From the IMG/VR virus record IMGVR_UViG_3300032214_000867, positions 820-64,819 of that record: a stretch of 64,000 bases of DNA; one strand, written 5' to 3'. The stretch is from a virus (Duplodnaviria > Caudoviricetes). Numbering within the stretch: position 1 is the stretch's first letter; each line of letters starts with the position of its first letter. Made by a program: the position numbers and the translations under genes. Below the pieces are notes generated by a model, which did not search any database, had not been told where the DNA came from, and worked only from the letters and a program-made list of their open reading frames with translations. Below, piece after piece: positions 9,993 through 19,572 of the stretch.

Positions 9993-10178
9993 ATGGAGGA
10001 CATCATGGATGCAGTTGTAGTAGTGGTAAAACCACTTCTTCTTAAAATTGCTACTCACCCAGCAGTTAAAAATCTTGTGATTGAACTTCTTGAAAAATAT
10101 GTAAAAACAACTGATAATAGTATTGATGATATGGTTCTTACTACAGTTAAAGAACTTTTATTCAAACCACAAGAATGA
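9993..10178 (+). CDS. Hypothetical protein
   Basis: ORF downstream of ATAAATA (9969); TDNSIDD motif. Confidence 0.6.
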   Translation: MEDIMDAVVVVVKPLLLKIATHPAVKNLVIELLEKYVKTTDNSIDDMVLTTVKELLFKPQE

Positions 10179-10339
10179 TTACTTGTTTTTTAACTAATTG
10201 GGGTATAACTATTTTTCTTGGATTATTATTAACTGCTTCAGAGTGGTTAGCAAAAACAAAAAGATTTGAGGAAAATGGTTTGCTTGATTTAACGACACAT
10301 TTTTTAAAAACTATTTTGCGAAAGGGAGACAAGAATTAA
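10175..10339 (+). CDS. Small membrane protein (54 aa)
   Basis: Hand-translated MITCFLTNWGITIFLGLLLTASEWLAK...; ATGA overlap. Confidence 0.55.
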   Translation: MITCFLTNWGITIFLGLLLTASEWLAKTKRFEENGLLDLTTHFLKTILRKGDKN

Positions 10340-10361
10340 AAGTCTCCTTTTTTTATAAATA
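10325..10361 (+). terminator. Terminator whose T tract runs into a T4-type late promoter
   Basis: GGAGAC/GTCTCC stem, T run, TATAAATA 10354-10361. Confidence 0.75.
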
Positions 10362-10392
10362 TCAATAGAAAAAGAATTTATAGGTAAGGCAC

Positions 10393-10992
10393 ATGGCTCT
10401 TTGGGGCAGTAAAGATTTAGTCGGAAAAGGTGGAACTGTTTGGATAAACCTTTCTAACGAAGTTGTAACAGGAACTGGAACTACTTTTTCAACTTCTGGA
10501 TTTGAAGTTAGTGAAGGTGATGTTATTGTTGTTGGCGCTGGCGCTACTTTTGGACATGCGGTAATATCATCTGTTACAAGTAATACAGTTGCATCTATTG
10601 CTACTACTCAATACTTAATTCCACACCCAACAACTGGAATTATCACAGCAGCATCTTATTATATTACACAAAGACCAATTTCTTCAATTGAAGATTCTGT
10701 TTATCAGGCACCAGAAGTAAGAACATCTGGATTTTCCGCTAATCCTTTAACTAGAACTGTTTTTGGAGTCGATACTGCAGAAGCAGGTGTTGCCAGAGCT
10801 ACAACTTTTGGTGGAAAAGCAGGTGCTTTTAGTGTTGGACATGCTGGTTGGGTTGGCGTAACAACTTATGTTGACTGCCACGGCAATTTAAGAGTTAAAT
10901 CTGAAACATTAGTTGCTATGGGTAAAGATTCTGCTGGAAGTGGTGGTATTCAAAATGATAATGATGATGATGTAAGATTCCCAGATACTTGA
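10393..10992 (+). CDS. Putative virion structural protein
   Basis: Late promoter; MALWG start, VTGTGTTF, HAGWVG...RVKSETLVA; G/T/S-rich. Confidence 0.7.
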   Translation: MALWGSKDLVGKGGTVWINLSNEVVTGTGTTFSTSGFEVSEGDVIVVGAGATFGHAVISSVTSNTVASIATTQYLIPHPTTGIITAASYYITQRPISSIEDSVYQAPEVRTSGFSANPLTRTVFGVDTAEAGVARATTFGGKAGAFSVGHAGWVGVTTYVDCHGNLRVKSETLVAMGKDSAGSGGIQNDNDDDVRFPDT

Positions 10993-10998
10993 TAATAT

Positions 10999-11370
10999 AT
11001 GAGATTTGATGAGTTGAATGAGGGTAACTATTTACTCTTTGCTATAAAATTTTATAATAATCCGCAAGCGGTAACAAAGGAAGACTTTGACGAAGACTTG
11101 AAAAGAATTCGTTATATTAAAAAGTTATTGAGAAAGTATAAAAAAGATGGGGTTTTAAAATCTCATCTTTTGTTGAATCATTTAACTGTTCTGTTTAATG
11201 TTTTTGATGATGCTGCGGTTCCTCTTCTATTTTATAATTTAGAAAAAGATCTTTGGCCTTCTTTAAAAAGTTTTTTGGTATTTTTAAAAAGAGTTCCCGA
11301 ATATCCCAAATCTAAACTTAATGAAATAGATGAGGACGAATATTGTAGTTCTGTTTTAAATTACATCTAA
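10999..11370 (+). CDS. Conserved T4-like hypothetical protein
   Basis: FAIKFYNNPQ...FDEDLKRIRYIK...HLLLNH motif usual upstream of gp61. Confidence 0.75.
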   Translation: MRFDELNEGNYLLFAIKFYNNPQAVTKEDFDEDLKRIRYIKKLLRKYKKDGVLKSHLLLNHLTVLFNVFDDAAVPLLFYNLEKDLWPSLKSFLVFLKRVPEYPKSKLNEIDEDEYCSSVLNYI

Positions 11371-11603
11371 TGGACATAGAAAGGATTATACAAATAGTTC
11401 GCCAGTTAAAAGAGGATGCAGTTGTTGGTGGTATGACCACTGGGAGTTCTGGTCCTATTGCTGGATATAGTGAAAAATCACCAGCACAAGGTCCAAATGC
11501 TGGAATTACACCAAAACTCGGAAAAACACAACGTAGAAATAGTTATGCGACAGGTGGACGTGGATCTCGTTCCATGTGGTTAAAATATTTAAGAGGAAAA
11601 TAA
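11370..11603 (+). CDS. Hypothetical protein
   Basis: 77-aa coupled ORF; LKE followed by a Gly-rich basic tail. Confidence 0.6.
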   Translation: MDIERIIQIVRQLKEDAVVGGMTTGSSGPIAGYSEKSPAQGPNAGITPKLGKTQRRNSYATGGRGSRSMWLKYLRGK

Positions 11604-11605
11604 AA

Positions 11606-12022
11606 ATGTTCTCTCAAGAATCAAAACTAGCGGTTCTTGAATCAAAACTCGGTATTTATGAGGATCTTTCCCGCGAAATGTTATCAAAATTAGAAGCAGC
11701 GGTCGATAAGATCTCCGAAGGTAATTCACGTATTGCTACAATTCTTGCAAAACATGATGAGAGAATAGAACAAAGTATGAAAAATGATGCACTTCTTGTT
11801 AAGATGATAGATGAGATGAAAGAAGATAATGATAAAGAACATAAAGGAATAGAAGAAAGATTTAATAAAATTGATGAAAAAATAGAAGATCTTAAGAAAT
11901 TTAGATGGCAAGCAGGTGGTGTACTTGCCTTTGTAATCGTTCTTATTGGGGTCATTAATGCATTTGTCCCCAAGTTCTTGACAGCACAACCCCAGCAGGT
12001 TATAATAGAGCGCACGAACTGA
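11606..12022 (+). CDS. Coiled-coil protein with C-terminal transmembrane helix
   Basis: Heptad-rich body, KFRWQAGGVLAFVIVLIGVI. Confidence 0.7.
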   Translation: MFSQESKLAVLESKLGIYEDLSREMLSKLEAAVDKISEGNSRIATILAKHDERIEQSMKNDALLVKMIDEMKEDNDKEHKGIEERFNKIDEKIEDLKKFRWQAGGVLAFVIVLIGVINAFVPKFLTAQPQQVIIERTN

Positions 12023-12033
12023 TACCCTTTATA

Positions 12034-13005
12034 ATGGATTTGATTGACTCTAAGTATATTGGATTAGTTTCATCACGCCTGCAAAAATTTAAGAGGGTCA
12101 AGGCAGATCTCTACAACTTCCGCTGCCCCCTCTGTGGCGATTCGCAGAAGAATAAAAATAAAACAAGAGGGTATATTTACCCAGTCAAAAACAATACAAA
12201 CTTCAAGTGCCATAATTGTGGTGCCAGTTTATCCTTTAATAACTTTCTCAAAGAGTTAGATCCCACGCTTCATAAGCAATATACACTAGAAAAGTTTAAG
12301 GAAGGACATACCGGTAGAAACTTTGTAGTTGAGGAACCCAAGTTTGAATTTACCAAACCAGTTTTCAAAAAAAAACTGGACTTACCTAAAGCATCAGAAG
12401 TACCTATTGCCAGGGAATATCTGGAAAAGAGAAAATTGAATCCAGAAAAGTTTTATTTTGCTCACAAATTTAAGGAGTGGACAAATACTCAAAAACAAAC
12501 TTTTAGCAACTTTTATAAAGATGAATGTCGCATTATTATACCATTATATGACACTCAAAGTAATTTAATTGGATTTCAAGGAAGAGCACTCGAATCTTCT
12601 CCAAATAAATACATCACCGTTATGATTTCTGATGATGCTCCAAAAATTTATGGACTTGAAAATGTCGATTCTACGAAACCCATTTACATTGTTGAAGGAC
12701 CATTCGATTCCACGTTGGTCGAAAATTCTGTTGCTATGTGTGGGGCCGACGTTGATATTGGGACGTTTGGTTGGAGCGATTATATTTACGTTTTTGATAA
12801 TGAACCACGTAATCGAGAAATCGTCAACCGAATATCAAAAACCATCAGTAGAGGTGACAAAGTAGTTATTTGGCCAACATCCATTGAGCAAAAAGATATT
12901 AATGATATGGTGCTCGCTGGACTTAATGTTATGGATGTGTTAAAATCAAGTATCTATTCAGGTTTAGAAGCAAAAATTAAGTTTAACAATTGGAAAAAAA
13001 TATGA
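12034..13005 (+). CDS. gp61: DNA primase gp61
   Basis: CPLCGDS..CHNC zinc finger, GFQGR, EGPFDS, DNE, KDINDM TOPRIM motifs. Confidence 0.97.
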   Translation: MDLIDSKYIGLVSSRLQKFKRVKADLYNFRCPLCGDSQKNKNKTRGYIYPVKNNTNFKCHNCGASLSFNNFLKELDPTLHKQYTLEKFKEGHTGRNFVVEEPKFEFTKPVFKKKLDLPKASEVPIAREYLEKRKLNPEKFYFAHKFKEWTNTQKQTFSNFYKDECRIIIPLYDTQSNLIGFQGRALESSPNKYITVMISDDAPKIYGLENVDSTKPIYIVEGPFDSTLVENSVAMCGADVDIGTFGWSDYIYVFDNEPRNREIVNRISKTISRGDKVVIWPTSIEQKDINDMVLAGLNVMDVLKSSIYSGLEAKIKFNNWKKI

Positions 13006-15299
13006 GCAACGGAACGAAAGTCGTTAAAAGAGATGGTAAAACTGAATCATTGGATCTTAATAAACTCCATGTTATGGTGGAGGAATCCTGCAAAGACCTA
13101 GCAGGTGTATCAGCATCTCAAGTAGAGATGAAATCAGGCATTCAATTTTATGATGGCATCACTACAGCAGAGATTCAGGAGATTCTGATTCGTTCTGCTT
13201 CTGACCTGATTGATCTTGATCACCCTAACTATCAATTCGTCGCTGCTCGCCTGCTTCTGTTCGCTCTCCGCAAGCAGTTGTTTGGTCGTATGCACGAATG
13301 CCCTACAGTTAAGCAACACGTGCTTCGCGCAGTTGGTAGAGGTGTCTATGATGCAGAAATTCTTGACCTGTATACTGATGAAGAATTTGATAAACTTGAG
13401 TCGTTTATTGATCATAGTCGTGACTATCTGTTTACTTACGCAGGTCTACGTCAAGTCGTTGATAAGTACCTCGTGCAAGACAGAAGTTCTAACGAACTTT
13501 ATGAAACGCCACAGTTTATGTACCTTTTGATCGCGGCGACAATCTTTTCCAAGTATCCTAAAGAAACACGTTTAGACTACGTTAGGAAGTACTATGATGC
13601 AATCTCAAAGCACAAAATCAACATCCCAACACCAATCATGGCAGGGGTGCGAACGCCACTTAGACAATATGCTAGTTGTGTTCTTGTTGATGTTGATGAC
13701 ACCCTCGATAGCATCTTTAGTTCTGATATGGCTATCGGCAGATATGTTGCACAAAGGGCGGGAATTGGTATCAACGCAGGTCGTATCAGGGGCATCAACA
13801 GTAAGATACGAGGCGGCGAGGTTCAGCACACGGGTGTTGTACCGTTCCTCAAGAAGTTTGAAGCGACTGTCAGATGCTGTACTCAAAATGGCATACGAGG
13901 TGGATCAGCTACGGTACACTTCCCCATCTGGCACCAAGAGATAGAAGATATTCTAGTATTAAAAAATAACAAAGGAACTGAAGATAATCGTGTTCGTAAG
14001 TTAGACTACAGTATCCAAATCTCTAAACTGTTCTATGAACGATTCATCCGCAACGAAGAAGTTTCACTCTTTTCTCCCCACGCAGTTCCTGGTCTGTATG
14101 ATGCTTTTGGGACTGATCGATTTGACGATTTGTATGTGGCTTACGAACGAGATCAGTCTATTCCAAGAAAAACTATCGCTGCTCAAGAACTCTTTCTGGA
14201 CCTCCTGAAAGAACGTGCAGAAACTGGTCGTATTTACATCATGAATATTGACCATTGCAACTCTCACTCTTCCTTTATGGACAAAGTTGAGATGAGTAAT
14301 TTGTGTCAGGAAATCACTCTTCCTACCAAACCCATTCAACATATTGATGATCCTAATGGTGAAATTGCTTTGTGCATTCTTTCTGCTATTAATGTTGGCA
14401 AAATCAGGGATCTTGAAGATCTTCAAGTTCTTTGCGATCTTGCTGTTAGGAGTCTTGATGAACTCATTGATTTTCAAGGATATCCCGTCAGAGCAGCAGA
14501 AATCGCCACCAGAGCACGTCGTTCGCTTGGAGTAGGTTTTATTGGACTTGCACATTATCTTGCCAAGCACGGTGAAAATTATGATGATCCTGGTGCTTGG
14601 AAATTGGTGCATGATTTAACAGAAGCGTTTCAATATTATTTAATTGATGCAACCGTAAATCTTGCTAAAGAAAAAGGTGCCTGTGAGTATTCCGACAGAA
14701 CCAAATATGGTAATGGTATTCTTCCTATAGATACATACAAAAAGGACGTTGATGAAATAGTTCCAAATGAGCTTAAGTATGATTGGGAGCATCTTAGAGA
14801 ACAGGTACTCAAATATGGGGTACGGAACTCAACATTGTCCGCACAGATGCCATCGGAGAGCAGTTCCGTTGTGTCAAATGCCACAAATGGAATCGAACCA
14901 CCTAGAGGATACCTGTCCGTTAAGAAGTCGAAAAAAGGTCCGCTCAAGCAGATTGTTCCCCAGTATCAAACACTTAAGAACAATTATACGCTTCTGTGGG
15001 ATATGCCTAGCAATCGTGGTTATATCAATATTGTTGCAGTTATGCAAAAATTCTTCGATCAAGCGATTTCTGGAAACTGGTCCTATAATCCAGAAAATTA
15101 CCCAGATAATGAAGTTCCTACTTCAGTAATGGCACAGGACCTTTTAACTACATATAAGTACGGCTGGAAAACCAGCTATTATCAAAATACTTATGACCAT
15201 AAGACTGATGAGGTTGAAGAAACCAAACAGTCACTTGAAGATTTAATTTCTCAACTAGAACAAGCAGAGGAGGAAGATTGTGAGTCTTGTAAGATTTAA
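13002..15299 (+). CDS. nrdA: Class Ia ribonucleotide reductase alpha subunit
   Basis: ATP cone VVKRDG, PTPIM, SNLCQEI, SYYQ, C-terminal CESCKI. Confidence 0.99.
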   Translation: MSNGTKVVKRDGKTESLDLNKLHVMVEESCKDLAGVSASQVEMKSGIQFYDGITTAEIQEILIRSASDLIDLDHPNYQFVAARLLLFALRKQLFGRMHECPTVKQHVLRAVGRGVYDAEILDLYTDEEFDKLESFIDHSRDYLFTYAGLRQVVDKYLVQDRSSNELYETPQFMYLLIAATIFSKYPKETRLDYVRKYYDAISKHKINIPTPIMAGVRTPLRQYASCVLVDVDDTLDSIFSSDMAIGRYVAQRAGIGINAGRIRGINSKIRGGEVQHTGVVPFLKKFEATVRCCTQNGIRGGSATVHFPIWHQEIEDILVLKNNKGTEDNRVRKLDYSIQISKLFYERFIRNEEVSLFSPHAVPGLYDAFGTDRFDDLYVAYERDQSIPRKTIAAQELFLDLLKERAETGRIYIMNIDHCNSHSSFMDKVEMSNLCQEITLPTKPIQHIDDPNGEIALCILSAINVGKIRDLEDLQVLCDLAVRSLDELIDFQGYPVRAAEIATRARRSLGVGFIGLAHYLAKHGENYDDPGAWKLVHDLTEAFQYYLIDATVNLAKEKGACEYSDRTKYGNGILPIDTYKKDVDEIVPNELKYDWEHLREQVLKYGVRNSTLSAQMPSESSSVVSNATNGIEPPRGYLSVKKSKKGPLKQIVPQYQTLKNNYTLLWDMPSNRGYINIVAVMQKFFDQAISGNWSYNPENYPDNEVPTSVMAQDLLTTYKYGWKTSYYQNTYDHKTDEVEETKQSLEDLISQLEQAEEEDCESCKI

Positions 15300-16464
15300 A
15301 ACAAGTTTAGGAGATAAAAAAATGGTTGAATCTATGACCGTTTTTAATTCTCAAGAAGTAGATACCAAAAAGCAACCTATGTTTTTTGGACAACCACTAG
15401 GAATTCAGAGATATGATTCTTACAAGTATCCAATTTTTGATAAACTAACCACACAACAACTGGGTTACTTCTGGAGACCCGAAGAGGTCTCTCTTCAGAA
15501 GGATAGGGGAGATTATCAATCTCTCCGTCCAGAGCAAAAGCATATCTTTACAAGTAATTTGAAATATCAAGTTATGCTCGATTCCGTTCAGGGTCGTGGA
15601 CCTGGTATGGCATTTGCACCATACTGTTCACTTCCTGAATTGGAAGCGTGTATGAAAGTTTGGGAGTTTATGGAGATGATCCACTCCCGTTCTTATACCT
15701 ATATCATTAAAAACGTTTATTCAGATCCTTCTGAAGTGTTTGATACGATTCTTAAAGAGGATCGTATTATGGAACGTGCCGTAAGTGTTACTCAAGCATA
15801 TAACGACTTCATTAATAGTGCCCATCACTATGACAATTCAAGTGAGTGGATTCACGCATTAGAACAAGTCCCATACGCAAAAGAGGCAAGGTATGAACTC
15901 AAACGTAAACTTTTCCGAGCAGTTGCAAACGTTAATATTCTTGAAGGTATTCGCTTTTACGTCAGTTTTGCTTGCAGTTTTGCATTTGGCGAACTCAAAC
16001 TTATGGAAGGAAGTGCAAAAATCATCTCACTAATTGCAAGAGATGAAAATCAGCATTTAGTAATCACTCAAAATATTATGAATAAGTGGAAAGAAGGTGA
16101 TGATCCTGAAATGGCAAGTATTGCTAAAGAAGAAGAGCAATGGGTTTATAAGACCTTTGAAAATGCTGTTAATCAGGAAAAACTTTGGGCAGAGTATCTT
16201 TTCAAGGATGGATCTATGATTGGTCTAAATGACAAACTGCTACAGCAGTATGTTGAATGGATTGCAAACCGTAGAATGAAAGCAATTGGTCTTAAACCAC
16301 TTTATGATATTTCTGCAAAAAATAATCCACTTCCATGGACTGAACATTGGATTTCCTCCAAGGGACTTCAAGTAGCACCTCAAGAAACGGAAGTTGAATC
16401 ATACATAGTAGGTGGGATTAAACAAGATGTTACCAAGGATACTTTCTCAGGATTCCAACTATGA
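15280..16464 (+). CDS. nrdB: Ribonucleotide reductase beta subunit
   Basis: FWRPEE, DSVQGR, EMIHSRSY, LEGIRFY, DENQH, VAPQETE. Confidence 0.99.
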   Translation: MSLVRFKTSLGDKKMVESMTVFNSQEVDTKKQPMFFGQPLGIQRYDSYKYPIFDKLTTQQLGYFWRPEEVSLQKDRGDYQSLRPEQKHIFTSNLKYQVMLDSVQGRGPGMAFAPYCSLPELEACMKVWEFMEMIHSRSYTYIIKNVYSDPSEVFDTILKEDRIMERAVSVTQAYNDFINSAHHYDNSSEWIHALEQVPYAKEARYELKRKLFRAVANVNILEGIRFYVSFACSFAFGELKLMEGSAKIISLIARDENQHLVITQNIMNKWKEGDDPEMASIAKEEEQWVYKTFENAVNQEKLWAEYLFKDGSMIGLNDKLLQQYVEWIANRRMKAIGLKPLYDISAKNNPLPWTEHWISSKGLQVAPQETEVESYIVGGIKQDVTKDTFSGFQL

Positions 16465-16588
16465 CGAATGGGTAGAACAAGAAATTGTTAATGCCTATAA
16501 AGAAGCAGCAGAATGTGATGAATTTTTGTTCGGTGATTATGATTATGAAAAAGAATGGTTAGGTAAAAAAAATGATGATGTAATGTGA
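16427..16588 (+). CDS. Small acidic hypothetical protein overlapping nrdB end
   Basis: Hand-translated MLPRILSQDSNYDEWVEQEIVNAYKEAAECDEFLFGDYDY... Confidence 0.45.
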   Translation: MLPRILSQDSNYDEWVEQEIVNAYKEAAECDEFLFGDYDYEKEWLGKKNDDVM

Positions 16589-16618
16589 GGGTCCTAGGAC
16601 CCTCTTTTTTTATAAATA
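16587..16618 (+). terminator. Terminator fused to late promoter
   Basis: GAGGGTC-CTAG-GACCCTC, T run, TATAAATA 16611-16618. Confidence 0.85.
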
Positions 16619-16644
16619 AATAAAAGTAAGAAAAAAAATTAAAA

Positions 16645-18006
16645 ATGAACGCTTTTAACCTATACGAAGCATATTCTGCGGTTTATAATGAAGATCTGAG
16701 AGGAGATATTCTAACTGTAGAAGAAGATTTTGAGTTTATTGACGAACTTTCTGATAATGAACTTGATCAAGTAATGGAAGAAATTCTTTCAGAAGGTGTA
16801 GAACTTTCTGAATGTATTGAAACATTTGATGAAGTTCTTAGTGAAGCAAGAGTGGATATGGCTGCTCGTGCTGCTGCAAGAAAACAATATGCTGCCACGT
16901 CTGAAAAGGCCGCAAAAGAGGCAAGAGGGCGAGCAAAAGAAAAAGAAAAATCAGAACGAAGAGCAGAAAGAGTAGAAAGAATTAAATCTTCTGCAAAAAG
17001 GGCAGCAGAGAACGTAAAGACAAAGGCAGCAGGAGTTGCCTCTGCCGCCGCTGGAGGCGCCGCTGAGGCGGGTAGAAAGGCGAAAGAGGGTGTTAAAAAG
17101 GTTAGTGGTAAACTCGCCGCTGCTAAGGATAAAATAAAAGGTTTTATGGGTCGTGTGGGTAAAGCAGCAAAAGCAGGTGTTTCTGCTGCTAAGAAAGAAT
17201 TTAGTGGTGAGGCAGATAGAGAGGCAAGAGCAAGATCAACTGGCAGAGAAATGAGAAGAGCTGCTAGACGCCATGCTTCTAAAGATACAAGTGAATTTAG
17301 TGGTGGTTCTTCAAAAAAATCAACATGGAAACCTAGTGGTGAAAATGTAAAGCGCACTTTCCCATCTTCTGCTTCTTCTGGATCTTCATCATCTGGTAGT
17401 AAAAAGTCAACATGGAAACCTAGTGGTGAAAATGTAAAGCGCACTTTCCCATCTTCTGCTTCTTCTGGATCTTCATCATCTGGTACTAAAAAGTCAACTC
17501 TTAAACCTAATGTTTCTGGTAGAAAAGAAGCAGCATCTGGTGGTGGAATTAAATCAAAGTCTGTTTCTGGGGGTAGCGGCGGACCTTCATCTGCTGGTAG
17601 AGCACTTCCACCCAGAGGTGCTACATCAGCAACTGCTTCCGGAAAACCAAGACCAGAATCGCAAAGAATTCTTGCTATGAGCAGAGCTGCTTCTAGAGGA
17701 AGAAAACTTTTAAATAAAGAAGATTTTGAAATTCTTGCTGCATATATTCTTGAAGATTTAATTTCTGAAGGATATGCTAATACTTTTGAAGACGCACTTT
17801 ATGTTCTCGAATCATTCTCTGATTATGAATTAGGAGAAATTGCAGAGTCTTATTTAGTTGAAGAAAGAGTGGATCTTTATGATGTAGTTCTTGAGCATTT
17901 GCTCGACGAAGGGTATGCTGACAATGAAGAATCAGCAACTGTAATTATGACAAACATGAGTGAAGAATGGAGAAATGAAATTTTGGATCAACTTGTTGAT
18001 TTTTAG
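16645..18006 (+). CDS. Putative head-internal protein, acidic ends and K/R/A/S-rich core
   Basis: Late promoter; LYEAY and LSEAR sites; duplicated L(I/L)xEGYA motif and MSEEWR at C-terminus. Confidence 0.7.
   Translation: MNAFNLYEAYSAVYNEDLRGDILTVEEDFEFIDELSDNELDQVMEEILSEGVELSECIETFDEVLSEARVDMAARAAARKQYAATSEKAAKEARGRAKEKEKSERRAERVERIKSSAKRAAENVKTKAAGVASAAAGGAAEAGRKAKEGVKKVSGKLAAAKDKIKGFMGRVGKAAKAGVSAAKKEFSGEADREARARSTGREMRRAARRHASKDTSEFSGGSSKKSTWKPSGENVKRTFPSSASSGSSSSGSKKSTWKPSGENVKRTFPSSASSGSSSSGTKKSTLKPNVSGRKEAASGGGIKSKSVSGGSGGPSSAGRALPPRGATSATASGKPRPESQRILAMSRAASRGRKLLNKEDFEILAAYILEDLISEGYANTFEDALYVLESFSDYELGEIAESYLVEERVDLYDVVLEHLLDEGYADNEESATVIMTNMSEEWRNEILDQLVDF
17314..17497 (+). repeat. 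87-bp in-frame tandem duplication (two copies plus a partial third)
   Basis: KKSTWKPSGENVKRTFPSSASSGSSSSG encoded from 17314 and again from 17401, near-identical DNA. Confidence 0.95.
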
Positions 18007-18026
18007 TATAACATAGATCTAAAGGT

Positions 18027-18065
18027 AAAGGGGGGTTGACAAACCCCCCTTTTTATTGCTAGAAT
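18027..18065 (+). promoter_or_regulatory. Terminator hairpin containing a sigma70-type promoter
   Basis: GGGGGGTTGACAAACCCCCC-TTTTT; TTGACA 18036-18041, 18 nt, TAGAAT 18060-18065. Confidence 0.8.
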
Positions 18066-18113
18066 CGCTTTGCTAGCGTTGAAGGATAAATAATAGCTCT
18101 TAAAGATTACTAT

Positions 18114-18575
18114 ATGAGCTATGAAAATCCTTGGAGATACAATAGCGAAGTATTTGACTCTAATGATATTGGGGAGTACTTTGGTTTTGTTTATTGTATT
18201 ACCAATAAGACCACTGGGAGAAAGTATATTGGAAGAAAGTACCTATGGTCTTACAGAACACCACCAGGTAAGAAAAGAAGAGTAAAGCAAGAGTCAGATT
18301 GGAAGAAGTATTATGGATCTTGTCCAGAACTAAAAGAAGATGTTAAAAAGTATGGTAAAGAGATCTTCAGTAGAGAAATATTAAGTCTTCATATTGCAAA
18401 AGGTGAATGTAATTATGAAGAGACAAAACAACTTTTTTTAAATAATGTACTGAAAGAAGCACTTGACGACGGCACTCCCGCGTATTACAATAGCAACATA
18501 CTAGGACGCTATATGCGGAAAGACTATGGAAACTTTGGAGCAAACTCTTCGACAAACTCACGATTGGGCAGTTGA
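18114..18575 (+). CDS. GIY-YIG family nuclease-like protein
   Basis: GFVYCITNKTTGRKYIGRK, WKKYYGS, YEE, YYNSNI. Confidence 0.75.
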   Translation: MSYENPWRYNSEVFDSNDIGEYFGFVYCITNKTTGRKYIGRKYLWSYRTPPGKKRRVKQESDWKKYYGSCPELKEDVKKYGKEIFSREILSLHIAKGECNYEETKQLFLNNVLKEALDDGTPAYYNSNILGRYMRKDYGNFGANSSTNSRLGS

Positions 18576-18702
18576 TAGAATTCATACGTTGTCTGAACAA
18601 GATCTAGAAGATGCTCGTTCTATTCAATTAGAGTTTAGTGAATGGTTGAATCCTGATATTGAAGATCATGATATATACTCTTTAGAATATATTGGAGAAT
18701 AA
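18526..18702 (+). CDS. Small hypothetical protein (58 aa)
   Basis: Hand-translated METLEQTLRQTHDWAVDRIH...EFSEWLNPD. Confidence 0.55.
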   Translation: METLEQTLRQTHDWAVDRIHTLSEQDLEDARSIQLEFSEWLNPDIEDHDIYSLEYIGE

Positions 18703-18712
18703 TAAGGGTTAA

Positions 18713-19411
18713 ATGAGTAATAAATTATTTCCAGTTTGTGTAATAGATGATTTTTATACAGATCCTTATGCGGTAAGGGAATTTGCACTATCCCAAAAAT
18801 TTTATCCCAACACTGATGGTAGATGGCCAGGAGCAAGAACTGAACCAATTCATATAATTAATGAAAATTTGTTTCATCACTTTTGTGAAAAAATTTTATC
18901 TATATTTTATGATATGAATCAAATACAAAATTATAGAATAAGTACTTTATTTCAAAAAATTAAACCATTTCATTCCGATAAGTATAATGAAATTAATAGA
19001 GGTTTTATTCATCGGGATGGAGTTTTATTTGGTGGTGTGATATATTTGGATACGGATCCAGAAGAAACGACAGGGACATCAATTTATACTTTTAAAAATA
19101 AATGGTATTGTAATAATGATTTAGATAATAAGGCAAACAATATTAAGTTTAAAAAATATGGGGGAACAAATTTGACTGATGATGATATGATTTCTTGGAA
19201 TGAAAGTAGAAATCAGTATTTTGAATCGGTTAGAGTTGAAAATGTATTTAATCGTTGCATATTGTTTGATGGAAATAGTTTTCACGGAGTTCCTTTTTTT
19301 GGTACTAAAGAAAGATTAACCCAAGTATTTTTTGTGGAAGATATAATATTTGATACATCTAACAATAAGTCTTCCCCAAAATATCCACTTATTAAAGATA
19401 ATGTTGGGTAA
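18713..19411 (+). CDS. DUF6445-like 2OG-Fe(II) oxygenase
   Basis: VIDDFYTDPYAVREFAL, WPGART, IHRD, GVIYL, FNRCILFD..FH, RLTQVFF. Confidence 0.8.
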   Translation: MSNKLFPVCVIDDFYTDPYAVREFALSQKFYPNTDGRWPGARTEPIHIINENLFHHFCEKILSIFYDMNQIQNYRISTLFQKIKPFHSDKYNEINRGFIHRDGVLFGGVIYLDTDPEETTGTSIYTFKNKWYCNNDLDNKANNIKFKKYGGTNLTDDDMISWNESRNQYFESVRVENVFNRCILFDGNSFHGVPFFGTKERLTQVFFVEDIIFDTSNNKSSPKYPLIKDNVG

Positions 19412-19414
19412 TTG

Positions 19415-19443
19415 TTGACAAAACCTAAATATTAACTTATTAT
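19415..19443 (+). promoter_or_regulatory. Sigma70-type promoter
   Basis: TTGACA-17 nt-TATTAT; CTAAATA lies inside the spacer. Confidence 0.75.
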
Positions 19444-19449
19444 GTAAAA

Positions 19450-19565
19450 ATCCCTATTATGAGTAGGGTACTTATTATGAGTCTTTGATGTGACAATTAG
19501 AGCCGTGGAAGATGCCCTTCGAGAGTTGGGTGTACCCCTCTTCTATACGGATGTAGAGTTCAATT
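19450..19565 (+). ncRNA. Putative structured cis-regulatory leader RNA (family not recognised)
   Basis: CCCTATT/AGTAGGG hairpin, repeated TATTATGAGT, nested CCGT/ACGG, TGGAAGA/TCTTCTA and ATGCCC/GGGTGT stems. Confidence 0.55.
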
Positions 19566-19572
19566 AAATTTA

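Noticed and set aside
1515-16464. Inteins or group I introns in gp43, gp41, nrdA, nrdB (psbA also checked)
   Set aside because: Uninterrupted ORFs of normal length, no splicing motifs
16767-17444. 225-aa minus-strand ORF
   Set aside because: Antisense shadow of the low-complexity K/A/S-rich gene; no promoter, SD or motif
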